The notes under the pieces: model-generated | What the model was told of the DNA's origin: nothing | Seen by the model: only the letters and a program-made list of their open reading frames with translations | Databases searched by the model: none | Shown here: piece by piece, positions 26,572-35,437 of the stretch | How positions within the stretch are numbered: position 1 is the stretch's first letter | Layout of the letters: each line of letters opens with the position of its first letter | NCBI GenBank assembly: GCA_964471795.1 | Contig: CAYYHM010000008.1 | Location: 1 to 58,401, forward strand | DNA length: 58,401 nucleotides | Reading direction: 5' to 3' | Source: an uncultured Chitinophagales bacterium | GTDB lineage: Bacteria > Bacteroidota > Bacteroidia > Chitinophagales > S012-47 | Translations under genes and position numbers: made by a program

Positions 26572-27768
26572 TCTCCCTACCAACGCATAATACTGCTCCG
26601 CAGTTTGCGTGTAGGCCCTGCCTGTAGCCGGACCGGAGAAGCCGGTATGAACCGCTTCAACCGTGCCATCGCCACGGACAAAGATTGTGGTTGGATAGGC
26701 GGTGAATCCCTGCAATAGCGGCAGCACGCCTGCTACTCCCTCACTGCTGGCATAGCCTGCATAGACAACGGGATAACTCAGCTGCATGTAGTCCTGCATC
26801 CGTTGTATGTTGCGTACAGCCTGTATAGAATCCCTGGCACGCTCAAACGACAATCCGATCACCTGCAGCCCCTGCGCCCTATACGACTGATAGATGGTAT
26901 CCAACAGGCGTGCCTCGTCCTTGCAGTTGGGGCACCATGTACCCATGATCTCGATGATGGCAGGCTGGCCATGTGCCAGCCAGTTGGCAGGCGCGCCATC
27001 TTCGCCGGGCAACATCACCACGAATGGCTGGTCGGCAGGAGCGCCGGCCAGTGTGAACGCATCGGGCAGGGTGGCCTCATCATTCCGCCAGGCGATGAAC
27101 GGCTCAGCGTAATGGTTCCCGGAGTAGTACATCCCGGAGATGGTGTCGCCCAGCGATGCCACGAACAGCATCACATGCATGCCATCGAAATTGGACAGGA
27201 AAAGGGAGTCTGCTGTTGCAGCTCCTGCCAGATAGCGATAGTCGCCATAGGGTGTAAGTACCGTACCTGTCACCTCATTGCCGTGCACTTCCAGCAGCCC
27301 TACAGCTTCGCTTTCCTTGTCGGTGCCGGGGCTGAAAACAACGCTGTAGGTGCCCGCTACGGTTGCCGACTCATCCATTGCAGGCCGAAAACGGTACTCA
27401 AGTCCATGTACGGCATGAAAAGGAATCTGATAATCGTCGCTGCGGTAATAATTGTGAAATGCTCCCTCCATGGTGCCGTCGGTAACGATGGCACTGATGG
27501 TGGCATGGTAGATGGGCAACTGCACCAATAACGTATCGCTATACATGGAGGCCTCCGATATGGAGATCGTGTCCTTGCCATTCACGATGGACAACAATGC
27601 CTCTCCCTGTTGGTGGCTGACATGAATCTGAAAAGGCAATTCATGCTCACCGATGTCGAGTGTAGCTCGCCACCAGCCCTCTGCCGGCAATGCTTTGTCC
27701 GTATCCTGATGGGTGCAGGCGACAAGTGCCCAGATGGCTGTCAGCAGCAGCAGTGATTGCCGTGTCAT
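26557..27768 (-). CDS. TlpA-family thiol:disulfide oxidoreductase lipoprotein with an N-terminal approximately 250-aa extra domain
   Basis: Lipobox WALVAC. Thioredoxin-fold active site GTWCPNC. ATGA start overlap with the pseudouridine synthase stop. Confidence 0.75.
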   Translation of the reverse strand: MTRQSLLLLTAIWALVACTHQDTDKALPAEGWWRATLDIGEHELPFQIHVSHQQGEALLSIVNGKDTISISEASMYSDTLLVQLPIYHATISAIVTDGTMEGAFHNYYRSDDYQIPFHAVHGLEYRFRPAMDESATVAGTYSVVFSPGTDKESEAVGLLEVHGNEVTGTVLTPYGDYRYLAGAATADSLFLSNFDGMHVMLFVASLGDTISGMYYSGNHYAEPFIAWRNDEATLPDAFTLAGAPADQPFVVMLPGEDGAPANWLAHGQPAIIEIMGTWCPNCKDEARLLDTIYQSYRAQGLQVIGLSFERARDSIQAVRNIQRMQDYMQLSYPVVYAGYASSEGVAGVLPLLQGFTAYPTTIFVRGDGTVEAVHTGFSGPATGRAYTQTAEQYYALVGRLLQQ

Positions 27769-28523
27769 GCCAGGTGCTTTAAGGTGATGATTTCCTGTTT
27801 GGTCAGGTGACGCCAGCGACCGCGGGGCAGGTCTTTTTTGGTGAGGCCTGCATAGATGGTTCGATCCAGTTTCTTCACCTTGTAGCCCAGCTCTTCGAAC
27901 AGCCTACGCACTACCCGGTTCCAGCCAATATGAATCAGAATGCCGATCTGACTGGGATCCGCAGGGTCGGTATAGGCCAGGTCATCAACCGGCACTACTC
28001 CTTCTTCCAGCTTTACGCCTTTGCGGATAGCCTCAAAATGCTCTTTCGTCAGTGGCTTATCCAGCCCTACAGCATAGAGCTTCTTCACGCGGTAACGCGG
28101 GTGTGTGAGCTTCTCTGCCAGCTCGCCATCATTGGTCAGCAGCAGCAGACCGGTTGTATTGCGGTCGAGCCTGCCCACCGGATAGATGCGCTCATCCGTA
28201 GCATTTCGTACCAGATCCAGCACTGTCATGCGGTCGCCCTGGTCTTTGGTGGTACTGATGATGTCCTTTGGCTTATTGAGCAACACATATACCAACCTTA
28301 CCGGCTTTATCTGCTTCCCTTCATACTGCACCTTATCACCGGGCATCACCTTGTGGCCCATTTCCATGACCACCTTCCCGTTCACCTTCACCTTACCCGC
28401 TTTGATGAGCTCGTCGGCCTGCCTGCGGGAAGAAACGCCTGAATTGGACAAATACTTGTTGAGCCTTATCCCCAGTGCTGGGTCTGGTGCTTCCTGTTTC
28501 CTGCCGGACGGTCTGCGTGGCAT
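27765..28523 (-). CDS. rluB: Pseudouridine synthase, RsuA/RluB family (S4 domain + catalytic domain)
   Basis: RLNKYLSNSGVSSRR S4 motif. Catalytic GRLDRNTTGLLLLTNDG. Confidence 0.85.
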   Translation of the reverse strand: MPRRPSGRKQEAPDPALGIRLNKYLSNSGVSSRRQADELIKAGKVKVNGKVVMEMGHKVMPGDKVQYEGKQIKPVRLVYVLLNKPKDIISTTKDQGDRMTVLDLVRNATDERIYPVGRLDRNTTGLLLLTNDGELAEKLTHPRYRVKKLYAVGLDKPLTKEHFEAIRKGVKLEEGVVPVDDLAYTDPADPSQIGILIHIGWNRVVRRLFEELGYKVKKLDRTIYAGLTKKDLPRGRWRHLTKQEIITLKHLA

Positions 28524-28538
28524 ATGATGTGTGTGGGA

Positions 28539-29222
28539 TTACAATCCGTTAAAGGAAAGGCCGATCTGGAATGGCACCATCTCCGGACCTCTGCCTTTTT
28601 CAAAAAGGGTGCTGAGGCCATAATAGGCACTGAGATTTACAGGGCCATAACCAACACGGAAAGTAGCTCCATACCGCAGATTATCCAGACCGGGCACATC
28701 GTATTGCTTGTATTTCACCTCCTGCTGTGCCAATCCGAAAACGGTGCCCTCACCATTGTACTTCATATGGCTGGTAATGAGTAGTCCGCCCCGGATACCG
28801 GCAGCAATCTTGAAGCTTTGCCCCTTGTCGTTAGCCTTGGTGCGGAAGCGCAGCTCCAGCGGAATCTCCAGATAGGTGGTCTGTAACTTATTGTTGTTGA
28901 AGGTAATACTGTCCGGAATTACCGAAAGAGTCGTAAACGTGTCAGTAGCGGTGAAGAAACCGTTGTGATACAGGTTGTCGGTAGCAAACCCGATGCCCGG
29001 AGCGATGCTGATCGGGGACTTACCCAGCTCCAGGTCATACATGAAGAAAAGGTTGAAGCCACGAGAAAACCAGCGGCTTTCTATGCCGTCCGGTGCGTTG
29101 AGCCAGGTGTTCCAGTTGAATTGTGCAACAAGCCTGTCCTGTCCACCCGGCCTATCCTGTGCCCTGCCTGTAATAGTAGCCAATCCAATCAACAGGGCAA
29201 CCAAAAAGAAGTGTTTACGCAT
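28539..29222 (-). CDS. Outer-membrane beta-barrel (porin-family) protein
   Basis: Signal peptide. Alternating-hydrophobic beta-strand pattern. Aromatic-rich C-terminal strand (PFQIGLSFNGL). Confidence 0.55.
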   Translation of the reverse strand: MRKHFFLVALLIGLATITGRAQDRPGGQDRLVAQFNWNTWLNAPDGIESRWFSRGFNLFFMYDLELGKSPISIAPGIGFATDNLYHNGFFTATDTFTTLSVIPDSITFNNNKLQTTYLEIPLELRFRTKANDKGQSFKIAAGIRGGLLITSHMKYNGEGTVFGLAQQEVKYKQYDVPGLDNLRYGATFRVGYGPVNLSAYYGLSTLFEKGRGPEMVPFQIGLSFNGL

Positions 29223-29258
29223 CAGTATGAATTTTCAATAGAACGACAAAGGTACGAT

Positions 29259-30557
29259 TTATTGCCCTGCCTGATCGAGGCCATATTTCTGCCGATACAG
29301 CTCATACAGCTGTTCCTGATGGGTAGTCAGGTCAATCCGCCTGCCGTCGATGAAGGCATGTGTCACCCGATTGGTGCGCATATCCAGTGCGTCGCCTGCA
29401 GACACGAACAGGGTGGCTTTCTTACCTTCTTCCACAGTGCCATAGTGGTCGTCGACGCCCAAAATGGCTGCTGCCGTGCCGGTAATCGCCTGAATTGCCT
29501 CCTCACCGGATAAGCCATAGGCGGCAGCCGTACCGGCCGCAAAGGGCAGGTTGCGGACTTGCCAACTGCCCTCCACAGAGATACAGAAGGGTATGCCGGC
29601 CTGCTGCAGCAGGTAGGGTGTCTTGTAAGGCAGATCCACCGCATCGTCGGCGTAGCCGGGTAGATTATGGGTAGACCGCAAAATAACCTGTACGCCGGCA
29701 TCGGCCAACACGTCGGGTATCATCCAGGCATCCCGCGCACCCACGAATACCCCGGTAAGGCCATAGCGCTGCAACAGCTCTGCCGCTTGTCGCATGTCCT
29801 GTACCTGATCGACATGGATGTACAACCTGGCTTCCCCCGTAAACAAAGGCTTCATGGCTGCCAGCACCTGACTGAACGGCTGTGGACTGCCAGCCCCATG
29901 GTAGGCCCTGGCTGCATCCAGGAAGTCGATCAGCTCCTGCAGGTCTTTGCGCCATTGCTCATTCTGTTGCACACCGGCCTGCTCCGCCCACCAGCCGGAC
30001 CGGCGAAACAAGGCTGCCCAGTAAAGATGAATGCCGTTGTCTGCCGCCACGATTGCGTCTTCCCAGTTCCACGCATCCAGTTGCACTACCGATGAAGAGC
30101 CACTGATGCGCCCACCCTGTGGCACCACCTGTGCCATCAGCACGCCATTGGCTCGCACTGTCGGGATGATTTTGGAATCAGTGTTGTAGGCAATAATGCT
30201 CCGTACATGCGGGGTAAATTCGCCCACCTCCTCATAGTCTAGCGTGGCCCGCACCAGCTCTATCTCCGCAAGCCCCAGCTGTGTGTTGGCAGCAATGAAT
30301 CCCGGATAGATATGCTGACCGGTAACGTCGATGACCTCAGCAGCAGTGGCGTCGACACGTATTACCCGGGCGTCGGCCACCATGGTGATAACCCCGTTTT
30401 CAAAGCCAACAGCGGCATTTTCCATTACCTCACCATTACCGATATGCAAGGTGCCGTTGAGCAGGATAACCGGTTTTTCGGGCAGTACGCCACGTTGTAT
30501 CTGCGCCGGCAGTGCTATCACTGCCAGCAGCATTGTCAAGAGTAGATATGTCTTCAT
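29259..30557 (-). CDS. Amidohydrolase-superfamily protein, secreted, with a degenerate metal-binding motif
   Basis: Overall amidohydrolase architecture (ILLNGTLHIGNG..., ...ATLFVSAGDALDM), but the HxH position reads PGFIAANTQLG. The ORF track start at 30746 overlaps the upstream gene. The ATG at 30557 gives the signal peptide MKTYLLLTMLLAVIALPAQ and lies 8 nt after the upstream stop. Confidence 0.7.
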   Translation of the reverse strand: MKTYLLLTMLLAVIALPAQIQRGVLPEKPVILLNGTLHIGNGEVMENAAVGFENGVITMVADARVIRVDATAAEVIDVTGQHIYPGFIAANTQLGLAEIELVRATLDYEEVGEFTPHVRSIIAYNTDSKIIPTVRANGVLMAQVVPQGGRISGSSSVVQLDAWNWEDAIVAADNGIHLYWAALFRRSGWWAEQAGVQQNEQWRKDLQELIDFLDAARAYHGAGSPQPFSQVLAAMKPLFTGEARLYIHVDQVQDMRQAAELLQRYGLTGVFVGARDAWMIPDVLADAGVQVILRSTHNLPGYADDAVDLPYKTPYLLQQAGIPFCISVEGSWQVRNLPFAAGTAAAYGLSGEEAIQAITGTAAAILGVDDHYGTVEEGKKATLFVSAGDALDMRTNRVTHAFIDGRRIDLTTHQEQLYELYRQKYGLDQAGQ

Positions 30558-30564
30558 ATGCTGC

Positions 30565-33500
30565 TTACTTGCCTTCATCTTCCATGTCATCACAGTGATA
30601 TAATTTTTCCTCCGGCTTCGGCACAGGCCTTGTAGCTGCGCCCCCTTGCCTGGCAGCCAGCATGGCCTGTATGAGCCGGTGCCGCTCTGCTGCCAGTGCG
30701 GTGCGCATCTGCCGGTCTTCTTCCTGATCGAATAACTTTCTGCCATCTACCCAGGTTTGCAGCACCTGTGCATACACGCTTAGCGGATGATCGTTCCACA
30801 GTACCAGATCGGCATCTTTTCCTACCTGGATGCTCCCCACTTTGTGGTCTATCCGCAACAGCCGTGCCGGATTGAGGGTAACCAGATTCCAGGCCTCCTC
30901 CTCCGTCATGCCACCATATTTCATGGCTTTGGCTGCCTCCTGATTGAGCCTTCGACCCATCTCGGCATCATCGCTGTTGATAGCTGTAACCACGCCCATC
31001 TCGTGCAACAGGGAGGCATTGTGCGGAATAGCTTCTATCACCTCGTATTTGTAGGCCCACCAATCCGAAAAGGTAGATGCCCCGGCTCCATGTGCCTTCA
31101 TCTTGTCGGCCACCTTGTAGCCCTCCAATATGTGGGTGAACGTGTTGAGGGTAAACCCAAATGAATCCGCCACCTTCATCAGCATGTTGATTTCACTTTG
31201 CACATAGCTGTGGCAGGTGATGAACCGCTCCTGCTGTAAGATTTCTCCGAGCGCTTCCAGCTCCAGATCACGGCGGGGTGGTATAGCCAGCTCCTTGTAG
31301 CGCCGCGATAGGTTGTTGTAGGCCTCCCAGGTTGCCAGGTAGGCCTCCGCCCTGTGGAAGGCATCGTACATTACCTGTTCCACACCCATGCGCGTTTGCG
31401 GAAATCGGTACCGCTGATTGTCGCCCCAGTTACTCTGCTTTACATTCTCTCCCAGCGCAAACTTGATGAAAGGCGCTGCATTTTCCATCTTCATCTGCTC
31501 ACCGGGCTGACCCCAGCGCAGCTTGATGATGGCCGACTGGCCACCGATGGGATTGGCAGACCCATGCAGCAACTGCGACGTGGTAACACCACCTGCCAGC
31601 TGTCGGTAGATGTTGATGTCGTCGGAACGGACCACATCACCGATACGTACCTCAGCGGTTACCGCCTGTGTGCCTTCATTCACACCTCGAGCCACGGCAA
31701 TGTGGCTATGTTCATCGATGATGCCCGCTGTCAGGTGCAGCCCGGTGGCATCCACCTCACGCGCATCCTTTACCGCAAGATTCTGTCCTATGCTGATGAT
31801 GAAGCCATTGTCGATAAGCACATCCGTGTCTTCCAATATACCCTCTGCCTCACCTGTCCATACCGTGGCATGGCGAAACACCACACGCTCCTGCGCCGGT
31901 AAGGTGGGCCGGCCAAAACTTTGGAAGGGATAAATTACGGCCGACTGCATGGCTGCTGTCGCTGTCGCTGTATCAACTGATGGCTGGGGTACTTCTTGCA
32001 GTACCGCTTTCCAGGTAGTTCTCTCTCCACCGGGAAGGATGGCCTCACCCGACATGCTTCCCCGGCCTACTTTACCGGTCAGGATGAGGTAGGCACCTGA
32101 GTCGGGAGCCATGGCTACCGTCATCCGTATCAGGTCTGCCTGCAGCGATACGGTGCCGGTAGCCTTGCCTGAATCCGCATCCATCCAGGCAGCCTTAGGC
32201 CCTGTATAGCTGCCGGAGAGGGTTACCTTGTAGGCGGCATCACCCACTTCTACGGCATATATCCCGCGGATGTCGAAAGGCAAATGATCTACCAACAGGT
32301 GTCGCTGCCCGCGGATCCAGCTTTCGAGCACCTGCATGTCGCTGTCCCAAAGGGGGGCTGAGGAGATGAAAAAACTGGCCGTCTTACCGGGATCCAGTGT
32401 GCCGGCATCCTTGGAGATGCCCAGCATGGAGGCAGGCTGTGTGGTAAGTGCTGCCAGCAACAGGCTGTCGGTCAGGCCATATGACCGCACCTTGCGCAAC
32501 TGTTTCCAGATATCCTGCGGCTTGGTAAGGCCGTCAGCCGTAAAGGCAAAAGGCACACCGGCAGTTGCCAGCATCGCCGCATTAGCCGGCGCCATCTCCC
32601 AATGCATCAACTGCGGCAGGCTTACGTGCAGGGCGCCATAGGGGTCTTCTACATCGAAGGCCTCAGGAAACACGAGCGGGATGACCACCGGCTGCTGCCG
32701 GGCTGCCAGCCATTGTGCCTGCTGATATTCGTCGCCACTGCCTTTCAGGATGAACCGCTTGTTGAACTCTGTACCGATGGCTACAGCACGTTGCCCACTG
32801 GCAATACCATCCACCGCAAAGATGGCCGGCAGGGGCTCCATTGCCGTCATGGCCTGGAGCGAAGCATCATAAGGCGTATCGTCCAGGGTGCGGGCACGGG
32901 CATACCATTGTGCATCATACCATGTCTGTCTTATCAAGGCTATGGCACCCATCAGGGAGCTGGGGTAACTCATCGGTGAGCTGCCCTTGGAAAAGGAGAA
33001 GCCACCGGCCGCCACGGGCTGGGCTATGGCCTCGTTGGCCTTCCCATCCAACAAATGTACCAGCGCTGCCGTCCCTCGGATGATGCCATCCTGCTGCTGG
33101 GTTAGCACCAGGCCGAACCCTGCTTCACGAAGTGCTGCAGCGGCCTTGGCATCGGGCTCCATCATATCGGCAGCTTGTACCTCAGGCTTTATAGCCGCAT
33201 TCCAGCCAAATGCGCCCCGCTTCTCCGAGAACCAGATCGGCTCGTCCTGTTCTTCAGAAGAAGCAGCCACAGCCGGCATACCATAACTACTATACAGATC
33301 GATGAAGGTAGGATAGATGTATTTACCCTCCAGGTCATATACCACAGCTTCCGGCGGCACTGTAATTGCACCGGATTTACCCACCGCTACTATCTTTCCC
33401 TTACGGATCACAAGCACACCGCCGTCTACCAATCTCCCCGGCGCTTGTTGTATGCGGGCGTTTACAAATGCAAACACTTCCGCCCGCTCATCGGCCACCC

Positions 33501-33582
33501 CATTGGTAGGGTACAGCGGCTGCGCTTCTGCTACCGCCATCAGCAGCAGCATAGCACAGTAACTCCATAGCAACTTCCACAT
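30565..33582 (-). CDS. Large two-domain amidohydrolase-superfamily protein (degenerate N-domain + intact C-domain)
   Basis: The N-domain has PTFIDLYSSYG at the HxH position. The C-domain has the intact GIIDEHSHIAV, later His residues and AINSDDAE. Signal peptide present. Confidence 0.8.
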   Translation of the reverse strand: MWKLLWSYCAMLLLMAVAEAQPLYPTNGVADERAEVFAFVNARIQQAPGRLVDGGVLVIRKGKIVAVGKSGAITVPPEAVVYDLEGKYIYPTFIDLYSSYGMPAVAASSEEQDEPIWFSEKRGAFGWNAAIKPEVQAADMMEPDAKAAAALREAGFGLVLTQQQDGIIRGTAALVHLLDGKANEAIAQPVAAGGFSFSKGSSPMSYPSSLMGAIALIRQTWYDAQWYARARTLDDTPYDASLQAMTAMEPLPAIFAVDGIASGQRAVAIGTEFNKRFILKGSGDEYQQAQWLAARQQPVVIPLVFPEAFDVEDPYGALHVSLPQLMHWEMAPANAAMLATAGVPFAFTADGLTKPQDIWKQLRKVRSYGLTDSLLLAALTTQPASMLGISKDAGTLDPGKTASFFISSAPLWDSDMQVLESWIRGQRHLLVDHLPFDIRGIYAVEVGDAAYKVTLSGSYTGPKAAWMDADSGKATGTVSLQADLIRMTVAMAPDSGAYLILTGKVGRGSMSGEAILPGGERTTWKAVLQEVPQPSVDTATATAAMQSAVIYPFQSFGRPTLPAQERVVFRHATVWTGEAEGILEDTDVLIDNGFIISIGQNLAVKDAREVDATGLHLTAGIIDEHSHIAVARGVNEGTQAVTAEVRIGDVVRSDDINIYRQLAGGVTTSQLLHGSANPIGGQSAIIKLRWGQPGEQMKMENAAPFIKFALGENVKQSNWGDNQRYRFPQTRMGVEQVMYDAFHRAEAYLATWEAYNNLSRRYKELAIPPRRDLELEALGEILQQERFITCHSYVQSEINMLMKVADSFGFTLNTFTHILEGYKVADKMKAHGAGASTFSDWWAYKYEVIEAIPHNASLLHEMGVVTAINSDDAEMGRRLNQEAAKAMKYGGMTEEEAWNLVTLNPARLLRIDHKVGSIQVGKDADLVLWNDHPLSVYAQVLQTWVDGRKLFDQEEDRQMRTALAAERHRLIQAMLAARQGGAATRPVPKPEEKLYHCDDMEDEGK

Positions 33583-33620
33583 AAGCCCTAATTTAGCGAG
33601 TCCTAAAATAACCCTTTTCT

Positions 33621-34373
33621 ATGGCTATTCCCGCTGCTGTCCCATTGGTGTTGTTGCATGGCTTTGCATTGGATCAGCAAATCTGGGAGGAGGTGACACC
33701 CCTGCTGAGCGGCATGCCTGTACATACCCCCGGATTCCCGGGCCTGTCGGACACGCCCATGCTGCAGGATTGCACCATGGCAACCCTCACCGACTGGCTC
33801 ATTGCCTGGCTGGATGAGCAGCAGATACAACAATGTGTACTGGCAGGCCATAGCATGGGCGGATACGTGGCCATGGAAATACTGGCGAGGTTCCCCGACA
33901 GGCTGAAGGGAGTATTGCTGGTACATTCACACGTATATGGCGACACCCCGGAAAAGCGGCAGGACCGCAACAAAGCGATCCGATTTGTGGAACAGCATGG
34001 TACAGCCACATGGGTACGGGAGTTCTTGCCCCCCTTGTTTGCGGATCGTTTCCTGGAAGAACAACCAGAAATCACATCCCGGCTCTTCCACAGATACCAC
34101 ACCATTCCTACCGCAGTCATCACCGCTTACCTGGCAGCCATGCGCGACAGAACGGACAGATCAGGAGCGCTGCAGACCAACCTGCCGGTAGGATTCATCA
34201 TGGGCGAACTGGATAAGCATGCACCGTTGGACAAGAACTTGAGCCAGGCATGCCTGCCCGACAGAGCCGGTGTATACCTGATGCAACAGGTAGCCCACAT
34301 GGGCATGTACGAGCAGCCGCAACAGCTGGCCACCCACATCGCAGATTTTTATGATTGGGCTACTTCGGCCTGA
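33621..34373 (+). CDS. Alpha/beta hydrolase
   Basis: LLHGFALDQQIW and GHSMGGYVA nucleophile elbow. 250 aa. Confidence 0.75.
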   Translation: MAIPAAVPLVLLHGFALDQQIWEEVTPLLSGMPVHTPGFPGLSDTPMLQDCTMATLTDWLIAWLDEQQIQQCVLAGHSMGGYVAMEILARFPDRLKGVLLVHSHVYGDTPEKRQDRNKAIRFVEQHGTATWVREFLPPLFADRFLEEQPEITSRLFHRYHTIPTAVITAYLAAMRDRTDRSGALQTNLPVGFIMGELDKHAPLDKNLSQACLPDRAGVYLMQQVAHMGMYEQPQQLATHIADFYDWATSA

Positions 34374-35038
34374 GTTGTAGCGCCTGTATCCGACTCCTTG
34401 GGTGCAGCAGGGTCATCCTTGCGGAAAAACCGCTTCTGACCCAGTAAAATGATGAACACACCAATGGTGATGTAGCTATCTGCCAGGTTGAATACCGGTC
34501 TGAAAAAGAAGATCTCACGACCACCCAGCAATGGCAGCCATTCCGGCCAATACACGTCGTAAATAATGGGAAAGAAGAACATGTCCACCACCTTGCCTTG
34601 CAGCAGTGGCGCATAACCGCCACCTTCCGGCAAAAAGGTAGCTACCTGAATGTTGGGCCACGGACTGGCACTGAACAGGACACCATAAAAAACGCTGTCA
34701 ATAATATTACCGATGGCACCGGACAGAATGAGGGTCATGCTGGCAATCATTCCCCAGTGTGCTTTTTGCTGTATCAGCCGGCGCAGGTATATGCCGATGA
34801 ACACAACGGCCGCAATTCGAAACAGCGTCAGCAGCACCTTACCGGTTGCACCGCCAAAGGCCAATCCGAAGGCCATACCCTCGTTTTCAATGAAGTGGAT
34901 GCGAAACCAGGATTGACCCAGCACCAGGAATTCCTCCGTCAGGTACATGTTGGTCTTGATCCAGAACTTGAGGATCTGATCGAGCAGGAGTGCCACCATT
35001 ACCGTGGCCGGCACCCAGTATGTACGCAGGAATCTCAT
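34349..35038 (-). CDS. lspA: Lipoprotein signal peptidase (signal peptidase II)
   Basis: IENEGMAFG and FNLADS catalytic-Asp motifs, 4 TM segments. Conserved position downstream of ileS. Confidence 0.85.
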   Translation of the reverse strand: MRFLRTYWVPATVMVALLLDQILKFWIKTNMYLTEEFLVLGQSWFRIHFIENEGMAFGLAFGGATGKVLLTLFRIAAVVFIGIYLRRLIQQKAHWGMIASMTLILSGAIGNIIDSVFYGVLFSASPWPNIQVATFLPEGGGYAPLLQGKVVDMFFFPIIYDVYWPEWLPLLGGREIFFFRPVFNLADSYITIGVFIILLGQKRFFRKDDPAAPKESDTGATTQAEVAQS

Positions 35039-35427
35039 TTACGATCCTTGGCCATCTTGGCCTCGATGCTCAGGGTAGCATGTGGTACGGCACGCAGTCG
35101 CTCCTTGGAGATCAGCTTACCTGTCTCCCGGCAAATGCCATACGTCTTGTTCTCGATGCGAATCATGGCATTCTCCAGGTGCTTGATGAACTGTATCTGG
35201 CGGGATGCCATCTGCGTCAGGTATTCCTTTTCCATACTGTCCACGCCATCTTCAATACCGTTGAACTTGTTCACCGTATCGTTGGCAGCGTTGTCGCTAT
35301 TGCTGATCTGCTCCTGCAGATATTTCAGCTCGTCGCGCGCTGAGTCCAGCTTCTTGGAGATGATCTCTTTGAATTCCTGTAATTCTTCGTCGCTGTAGCG
35401 GGTTTTATTGGTGTTTTCGGTGCTCAT
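35035..35427 (-). CDS. DksA/TraR-family C4-type zinc-finger protein
   Basis: Coiled-coil N-terminus followed by YGICRETGKLISKERLRAVPHATLSIEAK. Confidence 0.8.
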   Translation of the reverse strand: MSTENTNKTRYSDEELQEFKEIISKKLDSARDELKYLQEQISNSDNAANDTVNKFNGIEDGVDSMEKEYLTQMASRQIQFIKHLENAMIRIENKTYGICRETGKLISKERLRAVPHATLSIEAKMAKDRK

Positions 35428-35437
35428 GCTACAATTT

